Shown here one piece after another: positions 19,350 to 28,437 of a DNA stretch of 32,000 nucleotides. Position 1 is the first letter of the stretch. Each line of letters starts with the position of its first letter. The notes below the pieces were generated by a model that was not told where the DNA came from, searched no databases, and saw nothing but the letters and a program-made list of their open reading frames with translations. The translations under genes were made by a program, and so were the position numbers. The DNA is from Acidihalobacter sp. GTDB taxonomy: Bacteria > Pseudomonadota > Gammaproteobacteria > DSM-5130 > Acidihalobacteraceae. The stretch is taken from assembly GCF_037381185.1 (NCBI RefSeq), contig NZ_JARRQY010000017.1:18063-50062 (forward strand), given 5' to 3'.

Positions 19350-20375
19350 TCAGCTTGGCTCGATGTCGCGCAGATGCCGTCCCACCGCGATCCACGAGCC
19401 GCCCAGGCCGAGCAGTACGCTCAGTCCCAGCAGCCGCAGGCTGGAGACGGCGTCCAGACCGTTCAGGGTGAATGAGCTGGCATACAGGGCCGAGAGATGC
19501 TGCACGGGGCCGGCCAGCAGGGCACTGGCCATGCCGACCAGCAGCAGTGCCAGGATGCCGCCGAACAGGCCCAGCCAGAAGCCGCCATACAGGAAAGGAC
19601 GGCGGATGAACGCGTCGGTGGCTCCGATCAGTTTGGCTACCTCGATTTCCCGGCGCCGGTTGAGGATGTCCAGACGAATGGTGTTGCCGACCACCAGGAG
19701 TACGGTAATACCGAGCATGCCGCCGATCACTCCTACGGCGCGCTGCGCTATGTCGACAATGGCGTAGAGGCGTTGCACCCAGGCTAGGTCGAGGCGCGCC
19801 TCGTCGACCTCGGGTAGTTGCTGTAGGCGCTTTTGCAGGGCTCCGATCTGCGCGCTGTCGCCACCCTGTAGCTTGGGGTAGACGACGATCACTGGCGGCA
19901 GCGGATTGCTGCCGAGCGCGTCCAGGGTATTGCCGAAGCCGGAGTACTTGCGAAACTCCGCCAGTCCCTGCGCCGGCGTCACCGCTTGGGTTCTGGTGAT
20001 TTCGGGCCAGGTATCCAGTTTCAGGCTTAGGCTGTGCAGCGCATCGTTGTCCACCGAGCGCTTGAGAAACAGCGAGATCTGCACACCCTGATCGAGGCCG
20101 CCGACCACGCTGTGCAGGTTCTGCAGCATGACGTACAGCCCGCTGGGCAGGGCCAGCGCGATGCCGATCACGGCCACGGTCATGGCGCTGGAACTGGCGT
20201 TGCGGTAGAGCTTGCCGAGGCTGAACAGCAGCGCGCGCGCATGGTTCAGCAGCCAAGTGTCGAGCGCGCCTGCGGCACGTGTGCGCGTTGGGCGTCGTCG
20301 AGGTGCAGGCTCGCGGTTCGGCGTACTGCCGCGGTGCGGCTGTCTGGGCGTAGCCTGGCGGCGTGGGCGTCTCAT
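19350..20375 (-). CDS. ftsX: Cell-division ABC transporter permease-like protein FtsX
   Basis: 341 aa. It has a basic N-terminal tail, four TM helices and a periplasmic loop domain. The ATG overlaps the ftsE stop (ATGA). Confidence 0.93.
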   Translation of the reverse strand: MRRPRRQATPRQPHRGSTPNREPAPRRRPTRTRAAGALDTWLLNHARALLFSLGKLYRNASSSAMTVAVIGIALALPSGLYVMLQNLHSVVGGLDQGVQISLFLKRSVDNDALHSLSLKLDTWPEITRTQAVTPAQGLAEFRKYSGFGNTLDALGSNPLPPVIVVYPKLQGGDSAQIGALQKRLQQLPEVDEARLDLAWVQRLYAIVDIAQRAVGVIGGMLGITVLLVVGNTIRLDILNRRREIEVAKLIGATDAFIRRPFLYGGFWLGLFGGILALLLVGMASALLAGPVQHLSALYASSFTLNGLDAVSSLRLLGLSVLLGLGGSWIAVGRHLRDIEPS

Positions 20376-21052
20376 CGATGCGGTACTGTAGGGTTGGGGT
20401 CGTCGGCTAGGCGTCCCGCGTACAGCGGTACCACGCGCTTGTCCATGATGCGGATCAGCTCGAGATCGTGGCTGGCGATGAGCACGGTAACGCCGACGCG
20501 GTTGAACTCGTCGAACAGGGTCATGATTTCCAACGACAGCTCCGGGTCGAGATTGCCGGTGGGCTCATCGGCCAGGAGTATCGACGGCTTGTTCACCACC
20601 GCGCGGGCGATGCCGACGCGCTGCTGTTCACCGGTGGACAAGGTGATGGGCAGGGCGCGTTCCTTGTGAAGCAGTCCGACCTTGTCCAGCGCGGCGCGCA
20701 CGCGGCGGTTGATTTCGTGGTGACGCAGCCCTGCGATGACCAGTGGTAGGGCGACGTTGTCGCCCACGGTGCGGTCGTAGAGCAGATGGTGGTCTTGGAA
20801 AATGATGCCCATACGGCGCCGGAAATAGGGTACGCGGCGATTGCTGACCGTGGCCAGATTCTGTCCGGCGACGACGATCTGTCCGCGCGAAGGGCGTTCG
20901 ATGACGGCGATGAGCTTGAGCAGCGTGCTCTTGCCGGCGCCGGAGTGGCCGGTGAGGAACGCCATCTCGCCTTCCCCTATCTCCAGGTTGACGTCGGCTA
21001 TGGCCTCTTGGCCCGTGGGGTAACGTTTGCCGACGTGCTGCAGCAGGATCAT
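20372..21052 (-). CDS. ftsE: Cell-division ATP-binding protein FtsE
   Basis: 226 aa. It has Walker A (GHSGAGKST), the ABC signature (LSTGEQQR) and Walker B (ILLADEPTG). The ATG overlaps the ftsY stop. Confidence 0.97.
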   Translation of the reverse strand: MILLQHVGKRYPTGQEAIADVNLEIGEGEMAFLTGHSGAGKSTLLKLIAVIERPSRGQIVVAGQNLATVSNRRVPYFRRRMGIIFQDHHLLYDRTVGDNVALPLVIAGLRHHEINRRVRAALDKVGLLHKERALPITLSTGEQQRVGIARAVVNKPSILLADEPTGNLDPELSLEIMTLFDEFNRVGVTVLIASHDLELIRIMDKRVVPLYAGRLADDPNPTVPHR

Positions 21053-22227
21053 CGAGCGGCTTCACCTTCGGCCAGCAGCGCGGAGACGAACTCGTCGGCG
21101 TCGAATATGCGCAGATCCTCGAGTTTCTCGCCGACGCCGATGAAGCGGATGGGGATGCCGAACTGCTGCGCCATGGCGAATACGATGCCGCCCTTGGCGG
21201 TGCCGTCGAGTTTGGTCACGGTGATGCCGCTGAGGCCCAATGCCGCGTTGAACTCGCGAGCCTGGTTGAGCGCGTTCTGGCCGATGCCGGCGTCGACCAC
21301 GAGCATGACTTCGTGCGGGGCTTCGTCGTCGAGTTTGCCGAGCACGCGCCTGACCTTCTTGAGTTCCTCCATGAGGTTGGTCTGCGTGTGCAGGCGGCCG
21401 GCGGTGTCGGCGATGAGCACGTCGATGCCGCGCGCCTTGGCAGCCTGCAGGCCGTCGTAGATCACCGAGGCGCTGTCCGCGCCGCTGGCCTGCGCGATGA
21501 CGTCGACGCCGTTGCGTTCGTCCCACGCCTGGAGCTGTTCGACGGCAGCGGCACGGAAGGTGTCGCCGGCGGCCAGCAGCACCGAGCGGCCTTCCGACTT
21601 CAGGCGCATCGCGAGTTTGCCGATGGTGGTGGTCTTGCCGGCGCCGTTGATGCCGACCATGAGGATCACGTAAGGGCGCTTGGTGTCGTCGACGTTCAGC
21701 GGTTTGCTGACCGGGCGCAGGATGTCGGCCATGTTCTCGTGCAGCGCGGAGAACAGCGCCTCGGCGTCGCCAAGTTGCTTGCGGCGTACGCGGGCGGTGA
21801 GGTCGTCGATGATGCGTGAGGTGGCCTCGATGCCGACGTCGGCCATGAGTAGACGGGTTTCCAGTTCTTCCAGCAGTTCGGCGTCGATGGCCTTTTTGCC
21901 GAGGAACAGGCCGCCAACGCCTTCCGTGAGTCCGCGTCCGGTCTTGGACAGCCCGGCGCGCAGACGCGAGAATAGCCCTGGCTTGGGCGTCGCCCCGGAA
22001 GCGTCTTCGGAAGCCGCGGGTGGCTTGGACTCGGGAACGGGCTGTTCTTCCGCCTCGACCGTTGCTGCCGGTTCGGCGGCAGGTGTTCCGGCGGCTGCGT
22101 CTACGGTCTCGGGCGGGGCCTCCGGCACGGTTTCGGGTGGAGGCGTGCGTGCCTCCTCCTTGGCTTTGGCCGCATCTGGCTGATCGGCGGGTTGGTCTGA
22201 TTTGTTGCGACGTAGAAAACCGAACAT
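21049..22227 (-). CDS. ftsY: Signal recognition particle receptor FtsY
   Basis: The start is set at ATG 22227 (MFGFLRRNK...). It has an acidic Pro/Glu/Ala-rich A domain followed by an NG domain with GINGAGKTTT, DTAGR and TKLDG. The upstream part of the track ORF (to 22920) is antisense to rsmD and is rejected. Confidence 0.95.
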   Translation of the reverse strand: MFGFLRRNKSDQPADQPDAAKAKEEARTPPPETVPEAPPETVDAAAGTPAAEPAATVEAEEQPVPESKPPAASEDASGATPKPGLFSRLRAGLSKTGRGLTEGVGGLFLGKKAIDAELLEELETRLLMADVGIEATSRIIDDLTARVRRKQLGDAEALFSALHENMADILRPVSKPLNVDDTKRPYVILMVGINGAGKTTTIGKLAMRLKSEGRSVLLAAGDTFRAAAVEQLQAWDERNGVDVIAQASGADSASVIYDGLQAAKARGIDVLIADTAGRLHTQTNLMEELKKVRRVLGKLDDEAPHEVMLVVDAGIGQNALNQAREFNAALGLSGITVTKLDGTAKGGIVFAMAQQFGIPIRFIGVGEKLEDLRIFDADEFVSALLAEGEAAR

Positions 22228-22329
22228 GATGGCTTCGGTACGAACCGGTCTCAAAAGGGTGTACATGCTAACAGTTGGCGTAGTTTGGCGTAATCCGCCG
22301 CCGATGTCGCGGTCGGCCGGGGGCGAGCC

Positions 22330-22944
22330 GTGAGCATGAGGCGCAAGGCAGGCTCCGGTGCGCGTGCAGGCGCCGCCAACCAACTGCGCATCATCGGCGG
22401 CGAGTGGCGCGGCCGGCGTCTGCGTTTTCCGGATGCCGACGGCCTGAGGCCGACCGCCGACCGTGTGCGAGAAACCCTGTTCAACTGGCTGCAGGGGCGG
22501 GTCTACGGTCGGCGCTGCCTGGATCTGTTTGCTGGCAGCGGGGCGCTGGGCTTCGAGGCCGCCTCGCGCGGCGCGGGCGAGGTCGTCATGGTCGAGGCTT
22601 CGCCCAAGGTGGCCGAGGCGCTGCGCGCCAATGCCGAATTGCTTGGCGCGGACGCCGTGCGCGTCGAGGCCCGGCGCGCGGAGGCGTTTCTGCAATCGGC
22701 CCCGCAGGGCTTCGACGTGGTGTTCCTCGATCCGCCCTTCGGCAAGGGTTTGCTGGCGCCGGTGCTGCGCGAATTGGCCGGTGGCGGCTGGTTGAATCCG
22801 GGCGCCTGTCTTTATGCCGAGTGTGAGGCCGAGCTCGGCGAGCCCGAGTTGCCGGCCGGCTACGAATTTCTGCGGCGCGGCCGGGCCGGGCAGGTGGCTT
22901 ATTTCCTGGTCGCAAAACAAGCAGTGGCGAACGATGTCGAATGA
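22330..22944 (+). CDS. rsmD: 16S rRNA (guanine966-N2)-methyltransferase
   Basis: It has LRIIGGEWRGRRL, RPTADRVRETLFNWL, DLFAGSGALGFEAASRGA and the DPPF motif. It is divergent from ftsY, as in E. coli. The start is either GTG 22330 (GGGGG SD) or ATG 22336. Confidence 0.9.
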   Translation: MSMRRKAGSGARAGAANQLRIIGGEWRGRRLRFPDADGLRPTADRVRETLFNWLQGRVYGRRCLDLFAGSGALGFEAASRGAGEVVMVEASPKVAEALRANAELLGADAVRVEARRAEAFLQSAPQGFDVVFLDPPFGKGLLAPVLRELAGGGWLNPGACLYAECEAELGEPELPAGYEFLRRGRAGQVAYFLVAKQAVANDVE

Positions 22945-23037
22945 TGCCGTTCAGCGGACGTTGCGGCGGGTGGCATACGCGAGCCGATGGCGTAGGCTGT
23001 CGGTCACGCTATCGGGTTGTCCGGAGAAGCAGGTTTC

Positions 23038-24540
23038 ATGAACGATTGGCTCATATTGTCGGGCGTCGCGGCGGTGCTACTGCTGTTGGCAGCGTTGTGG
23101 GGATTGATGCGTGTGCGGGCGTTGCGCGCCCAGCTCGAACAGGTCGGCGCGCAGTTGGACGCGCTGGAAACCGCCCGTCGCGAGGCGGATGCGGAAGCGT
23201 CCCGCCGGCAGGCGGCCGAAGCCACGCTGGCGACCCGGCTCGAAGCGCGCGACGAGACGATCGAGGGCTTGCGGCGCGAGTTGGCCGAACGCGAGCAGCA
23301 GATCGCCCGGGATCGCGCCGAAATCGGCTTGCTCAAGACGCAGGAGGCGGAACTCAACGAGCGCTTGAGTCAGGAGCGCAAGGCCGCCGATGAGAAGTTG
23401 GCCCTGCTGGAAGAGGCGCGCAGCAAGCTTGCCGATGCCTTCAAGGCGCTGTCCTCGGATGCTCTCGAGCGCAACAACGCTTCTTTCCTAAAGCTTGCGC
23501 AGGAAAATCTGCAGCGTTTCCAGGAAGGCGCTCGCGGCGATCTGCAGCAGCGCCAGAAGGCCATCGAGCAGCTCACCCAGCCGATTCGCGAGCGTCTGGA
23601 GAAATTCGACGGCAAGCTCGACGAGATGGAAAAAACCCGCCACGGCGCCTACAGCGCGCTTACCCAGCAGGTCGACGATCTGCTCAAGGTCCATCTGCCG
23701 CAGCTGCATCGGGAGACCGCCGATCTCGTCAAGGCGCTGCGCCAGCCCCAGGCGCGCGGGCGCTGGGGCGAAATTCAGCTGCGGCGGGTGGTCGAAATGG
23801 CCGGCATGCTGGAGCATTGCGATTTCGACGAACAGGTCAGCCAGACCACCGACGGCGGCAACCGGCTGCGCCCCGATCTCATCGTCCACTTGCCCGGCGG
23901 GCGCCAGGTCGTGGTGGACGCCAAGGCGCCGGTCGAAGCCTACCTCGAAGCCGTCGAGGCGCAGGACGAAACCGCCCGGGCCCAGGCGCTGGTGCGACAT
24001 GCGCGGCAGGTGCGCGACCACGTCACGGCGCTCGGCAAGAAGGCCTACTTCGACCAGTTCGACCCCACGCCGGAGTTCGTCGTCCTCTTCGTGCCCGGCG
24101 AGGCGTTCTTCTCCGCCGCGCTCGCCCAGGATCCGACGCTGATCGAATACGGCGCGGAAAGCCGCGTCATTCCGGCCAGCCCCACCACGCTGATCGCTTT
24201 GCTCAAGGCCGTCTCCTACGGCTGGCGCCAGGAGGCCTTGGCGCAGAACGCCGCCGAGGTTGCCGCATTGGGCAAGGAACTCTACGAGCGCATCGGCACG
24301 CTGGCCGAGCACTGGAGCAAGGTCGGCAATCGCCTCAACCAGGCCGTGGAAGCCTACAACAGCTCGGTCGGCACTCTCGAACGCCGCGTGCTGCCCAGCG
24401 CCCGCAAGTTCCGCGATCTGCAGGCCGTCGCCGCCAACCGCGAGATCGACGCGCTGGCGCCGCTGACGCACGAGACGCGACCGCTGACTGCGCCGGAGAT
24501 GCTGGCGGGAAATGATGCGGCGGATGTGCCCGACGACTGA
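23038..24540 (+). CDS. rmuC: DNA recombination protein RmuC
   Basis: From ATG 23038 it has an N-terminal TM helix, a long coiled-coil (READAEASRRQAAEA...) and a C-terminal RmuC nuclease-like domain (GRWGEIQLRRVVE...VVDAKAP...FVVLFVPGEAFF). Confidence 0.92.
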   Translation: MNDWLILSGVAAVLLLLAALWGLMRVRALRAQLEQVGAQLDALETARREADAEASRRQAAEATLATRLEARDETIEGLRRELAEREQQIARDRAEIGLLKTQEAELNERLSQERKAADEKLALLEEARSKLADAFKALSSDALERNNASFLKLAQENLQRFQEGARGDLQQRQKAIEQLTQPIRERLEKFDGKLDEMEKTRHGAYSALTQQVDDLLKVHLPQLHRETADLVKALRQPQARGRWGEIQLRRVVEMAGMLEHCDFDEQVSQTTDGGNRLRPDLIVHLPGGRQVVVDAKAPVEAYLEAVEAQDETARAQALVRHARQVRDHVTALGKKAYFDQFDPTPEFVVLFVPGEAFFSAALAQDPTLIEYGAESRVIPASPTTLIALLKAVSYGWRQEALAQNAAEVAALGKELYERIGTLAEHWSKVGNRLNQAVEAYNSSVGTLERRVLPSARKFRDLQAVAANREIDALAPLTHETRPLTAPEMLAGNDAADVPDD

Positions 24541-24551
24541 GCGGCCGCCAC

Positions 24552-25328
24552 CTATGCGGTGACCGAGCGCCGGGTTTCCGTGGGGGCGTGGCCGAAACTG
24601 CGCGAATAGGCGCGCGAGAAGGCGGCGACACTGTTGAAGCCTACATCCGCAGCGGTGGTTTTTACGCGTCCGCCCCGTAGGATGGCACGTCGCGCCAGGG
24701 TCAGCCGCCAGTGCGTGAGATAGGCGCCAGGCGTCATGCCGACCGTATCGCGGAACGATCTCATGAAGTGGCTGCGTGACATGCTGGCGAGGTCCGCCAG
24801 ATCGTCGATACGCCAGCCGCGTGCCGGCGTGTCGTGCATGGCGACCAGTGCGCGGTGCAGGGTCGGGTGCGACAGACCGGCAAGCAGCCCGGGGGCGGTT
24901 GCTCCCTTATCGATCGCATGGCGCAGCAGCATGAGCACGATGACTTCGCTCAGGCGTTCGAGGGCGGTTTCACGTCCGCATCGTGAGTCTGATGCCTCCG
25001 CGACGAAGGCCTCGGTGATCGCGCGTAGTTCCGGACGTTCGTTCAGATCCACTTCCAGGCGGCTTGGCAGCGCGCCGAGCAGTGGATTGCCCGTTCCGCC
25101 GAATTCGACCACCGCGCTCGCCAGTACTGCATTCGTGGCGGCGAGGCCGGTCGTGCCGCTCGCTGAGAATATGAGCTGCGCGGCGCGCCGGTTGTCCCCG
25201 GAGAGTATGAGCAGAGTGACGTCCCCTGTCGGCCCCGGTGGCGCATTCACGCAGACCGAGAGATCGAAGGTTTTGAAGAAAGCCGACAGTCGATCGAATT
25301 TTTGTGCGTTCATGAGACTCTTGAGCAT
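24552..25328 (-). CDS. AraC family transcriptional regulator (cupin-like N-terminal domain)
   Basis: The C-terminal double HTH is typical of AraC/XylS (WRIDDLADLASMSRSHFMRSFRDTVGMTPGAYLTHWRL...VGFNSVAAFSRAYSRSFG). The start is ATG 25328, or ATG 25313 (MNAQKF...). Confidence 0.9.
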   Translation of the reverse strand: MLKSLMNAQKFDRLSAFFKTFDLSVCVNAPPGPTGDVTLLILSGDNRRAAQLIFSASGTTGLAATNAVLASAVVEFGGTGNPLLGALPSRLEVDLNERPELRAITEAFVAEASDSRCGRETALERLSEVIVLMLLRHAIDKGATAPGLLAGLSHPTLHRALVAMHDTPARGWRIDDLADLASMSRSHFMRSFRDTVGMTPGAYLTHWRLTLARRAILRGGRVKTTAADVGFNSVAAFSRAYSRSFGHAPTETRRSVTA

Positions 25329-25421
25329 GAATTGTGGAGTTATTGTGCTTCAAAGTGTGTGATGCTGGCATTCGTTCGTCAATTACGAACAACCCTTAGG
25401 TCGATATACAGGAGTTTTGCC

Positions 25422-25958
25422 ATGCTTGTTCCCCGCCAGAGCAGTCCCGCCCTCCATGTCCCGACGCTGGGCCACGGCGTTTTCGATCTTGCGGCAGAGA
25501 ATCTCGAGCGCTTCACGCTGCTGTGTTTCTATCGCGGACTGCATTGCCCGATTTGCGCGACGTATTTGCGGGAACTTGAGCGCCTGACGCCGGCGTTTGC
25601 GGAACGCGGCGTAAGCACGATCGCGATCAGTTCCGACGACGGGGAACGGGCGCGCGCGATGGCCGACAAGATCGGTGCGCACGATCTTCGCATCGGCTAC
25701 GGACTGTCGCTGAGTATGGCCAGGGACTGGGGGCTCTACATCTCGGCATCGCGCGGCACGACGTCGATCGGTATCGAAGAGCCGTCGTTGTTCTCGGAAC
25801 CCGGACTGTTTCTCATTCGCCCGGACGGTTCGATCTATTTCATTTCGGTGCAATCGATGCCCTTCGTGCGGCCTAAGTTCTCGGAGATGCTGCAGGCCTT
25901 GGATTTCGTCATCAAGAACGACTACCCGGCGCGCGGCGAATACACCGGCGCGGTGTGA
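25422..25958 (+). CDS. Peroxiredoxin-like / AhpC-TSA family thioredoxin-fold protein with a CPxC motif
   Basis: ATG 25422 follows a CAGGAG SD. It has FTLLCFYRGLHCPICATYLREL at the position of the peroxidatic Cys, and a conserved Prx-like core (VSTIAISSD, GLFLIRPDGSIY). It is divergent from the AraC gene. Confidence 0.8.
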   Translation: MLVPRQSSPALHVPTLGHGVFDLAAENLERFTLLCFYRGLHCPICATYLRELERLTPAFAERGVSTIAISSDDGERARAMADKIGAHDLRIGYGLSLSMARDWGLYISASRGTTSIGIEEPSLFSEPGLFLIRPDGSIYFISVQSMPFVRPKFSEMLQALDFVIKNDYPARGEYTGAV

Positions 25959-26106
25959 TCCGTCTGCGCCGGCGCCGTGAATGGTTCGAATCACGATGCC
26001 TTCTGGCCTATGCCGGACGCTAGAGCCGGTTCGCGCTATTGAGCGGCTCCGGCAGCGCATCGCTCAGTGGCGTGAGCAGGCCATAGGCCAAGGTGGAGAG
26101 CCGGTG

Positions 26107-26928
26107 ATGGAACTTCAGGGCAGAACGGCGTTGGTGACCGGATCGACGGACGGCGTCGGGCGGGTGGTGGCACAACGTCTGGGCGAGGCGGGTGCTCGCG
26201 TGCTGGTGCATGGGCGAGACGTACGCCGCGGCAAGGCTGTCGTCGCGGCCATCGAGGCGGCGGGCGGTCAGGCCGGATTCCTCGCCGCGGATTTCGCCTC
26301 GCTGGCGCAGGTCCGGAAGCTCGCAGATGCGGTGAAGCAGGCAACCGACGGACTGGATATCCTGATCAACAATGCCGGCATCGGTTTCGGTGCGCACGGG
26401 GCCGGGCGCGAACTGAGCGCCGACGGCATCGAACTGCGCTTCGCCGTCAACTACGTCGCCGGCTTCCTGCTCACCGAATCGCTGTTGCCTCTGCTCGAGG
26501 CCAGCGCGCCGGCACGCATCGTCAACGTGGCTTCGGCGGGGCAGTGCGCGATCAATTTCGAGGATGTGATGCTGGAGCGCGGTTACGATGGCCAGCGCGC
26601 CTATTGCCGGAGCAAGCTGGCACAGATCCTCTACACCTTCGACCTCGCGCAGCGGCTTGCCGGTCTCGGCGTATCCGTCAATTGTCTGCATCCGGCAACC
26701 TATATGGACACCACCATGGTGCGCGAGTCCGGCATTGCGCCGTGGAGCAGCGTCGAAGACGGCGCGGAAGCGATCCTGCGGCTTGCCGTATCGCCCGATC
26801 TGGAGGGCGTGAGCGGACGTTATTGCAACGGTCTGAACGAAGAGCGGGCGCATGAACAGGCCTACGATGACGAGGCGCGCGAAAGGCTGCGCAAGCTCAG
26901 CTTGCGGCTATGCGGACCGGCCGATTGA
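26107..26928 (+). CDS. Short-chain dehydrogenase/reductase (SDR) family oxidoreductase
   Basis: It has the TGSTDGVG cofactor motif, NNAG and the YCRSK catalytic motif. ATG 26107 follows an AAGGTGGAGAG SD. The track start at 25981 is not supported. Confidence 0.9.
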   Translation: MELQGRTALVTGSTDGVGRVVAQRLGEAGARVLVHGRDVRRGKAVVAAIEAAGGQAGFLAADFASLAQVRKLADAVKQATDGLDILINNAGIGFGAHGAGRELSADGIELRFAVNYVAGFLLTESLLPLLEASAPARIVNVASAGQCAINFEDVMLERGYDGQRAYCRSKLAQILYTFDLAQRLAGLGVSVNCLHPATYMDTTMVRESGIAPWSSVEDGAEAILRLAVSPDLEGVSGRYCNGLNEERAHEQAYDDEARERLRKLSLRLCGPAD

Positions 26929-27015
26929 GGCGGCTGAAGTCCGTTTTCATCGTTGCCTCAGCCGGTATGATGGGCTCTGTGTCGAATTACGTATTAAAGA
27001 AATCATGAGGTGTTC

Positions 27016-27498
27016 GTGATCGAAATCGTAGAGGTGAATCTGGCGCTGTCGGCACATGCCGATGCGCTGCTGGCGATGATGTCGGGCTATTCGCTCGATG
27101 CGATGGGGGCTGGCAAGCCCTTGCCTGACGTGGTGAAGGCAGAACTGGTGCCGCGTTTGCGCGAACGCAGCGATTATCTGGGTGTGTTGGCGTTCGAGGG
27201 GGAGGAGCCGGCCGGTCTGGCGCACGGCTTCGAGGGTTTTTCGACTTTCATGGCGCGGCCGCTGCTGAACGTCCACGACGTGTTCGTGACGCCGGCGCAC
27301 CGGGGTCAGGGTCTTGCGCCGCGCATGCTGACGCGGCTCGAAGAGCTGGCGCGCGAACGCGGCTGCGGCAAGCTGACGCTCGAAGTGCTGGAGTCCAACG
27401 TCCCGGCGCAGGCGGCGTACCGCAAGTTCGGCTTCGAGGCCTACATGCTCGACCCGAAGACGGGGCGGGCGCTGTTCTGGGAGAAGAAGCTGGTCTGA
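27016..27498 (+). CDS. GNAT family N-acetyltransferase
   Basis: The acetyl-CoA binding core VFVTPAHRGQGLAPRML and the C-terminal AAYRKFGF are present. GTG 27016 lies 5 nt after a GAGG SD. GTG 27010 is an alternative start. Confidence 0.85.
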   Translation: MIEIVEVNLALSAHADALLAMMSGYSLDAMGAGKPLPDVVKAELVPRLRERSDYLGVLAFEGEEPAGLAHGFEGFSTFMARPLLNVHDVFVTPAHRGQGLAPRMLTRLEELARERGCGKLTLEVLESNVPAQAAYRKFGFEAYMLDPKTGRALFWEKKLV

Positions 27499-27518
27499 GG
27501 TCGGGGGGCGGGGTTGAA

Positions 27519-27728
27519 GTGATCGCGTTCGCGATATTCTTTCTGTGCGTGCTGGCTGTCATCGGTCTGTTGATGGCCGGCGGAGGCGATCGCCCCGGAC
27601 GCCGAAAGGCCACCGTGCGGAAGCTGCCTGCGAAGAAGGTCGGAGCCGGTTTGCGGGTGAATCGAGGTCAGCTCGACCGCAAGGATCTCTATTACGACCC
27701 CAAGCAGTTCCGCCGTCCGCGCAGATAG
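27519..27728 (+). CDS. Hypothetical 69-aa protein with an N-terminal TM helix and a basic tail
   Basis: GTG start follows a G-rich SD-like tract. The hydrophobic N-terminus is IAFAIFFLCVLAVIGLLMA, followed by an Arg/Lys-rich tail. GC3 is high. I recognise no homology. Confidence 0.45.
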   Translation: MIAFAIFFLCVLAVIGLLMAGGGDRPGRRKATVRKLPAKKVGAGLRVNRGQLDRKDLYYDPKQFRRPRR

Positions 27729-27744
27729 ACGGACTCCGGCGAAC

Positions 27745-28437
27745 TCAGCTGGTGCGCGCGCGCAGATGGGCGTTGAGGCGGCGTTCCAGCAGGCGGAAGC
27801 CGTTGATGAGCACGAAAGAGATGATCAGATAGATTACCCCGGCGGCGAAGAAGATCTCTACGGGCGTATAGGTGACGGCGATGATGGTGCGCGCGGCGCC
27901 GGTGATGTCGAGCAGGGTGATGGTGCTGGCCAGGGCGCTGCCCTTGAGCATCAGGATGACTTCGTTGGTGTAGGCCGGCAGCGCCAGGCGGAAGGCGCGC
28001 GGGATGACGATGCGCCGGTACAGCCGCAGGCCGCTCATGCCCAGCGCGTGCGCCGCCTCGAGTTCGCCGTGCGGGATGGCCTGGATGGCGCCGCGCAGGA
28101 TCTCGGCGGTGTAGGCCGAGGTGTTGAGCGTGAAGGCGATGATGGCGCACCAGTAGGCCTGGCTGAGTACCGGCCATAGGAAACTCTGACGAATGGCCTC
28201 GAACTGCGATAGGCCGTAGTAGACCAGAAATATCTGCACCAGCAGCGGCGTGCCGCGGAAGAAGAAGATGTAGCCGTAGGGCAGCAGGCGCACCCAGCCG
28301 CGCTCGGACACGCGCATCACGGCCATGGGCACGGCGATCATCAGGCCAAGCACACAGGACAGCGCGACGAGCTGCAGGGTGACGACGGCGCCGCCAAGCA
28401 ACTGCGGCAGGTTGTCCCAGATGACGGCGTAGTTCAT
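27745..28437 (-). CDS. hisM: Polar amino-acid (His/Lys/Arg/Orn type) ABC transporter permease
   Basis: 230 aa, about 5 TM helices. It has the EAA loop (GELEAAHALGMSGLRLYRRIVIPRA). The ATG overlaps the hisQ stop (ATGA). Confidence 0.88.
   Translation of the reverse strand: MNYAVIWDNLPQLLGGAVVTLQLVALSCVLGLMIAVPMAVMRVSERGWVRLLPYGYIFFFRGTPLLVQIFLVYYGLSQFEAIRQSFLWPVLSQAYWCAIIAFTLNTSAYTAEILRGAIQAIPHGELEAAHALGMSGLRLYRRIVIPRAFRLALPAYTNEVILMLKGSALASTITLLDITGAARTIIAVTYTPVEIFFAAGVIYLIISFVLINGFRLLERRLNAHLRARTS

Noticed and set aside
22228-22920. Upstream 231 codons of the 623-aa ORF containing ftsY
   Set aside because: The canonical FtsY N-terminus (MFGFLRRNK) starts at 22227. The extension overlaps the well-supported rsmD gene on the opposite strand and has no coding-like composition.
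25976-26000. tRNA-like T-loop sequence GGTTCGAATC inside a small hairpin (CGTGAatggttcgaaTCACG)
   Set aside because: The stem does not close a 7-nt T-loop. No acceptor, D or anticodon arms can be drawn from the flanking sequence, and there is no CCA-end context. It is just a short palindrome in the Prx-like/SDR spacer.
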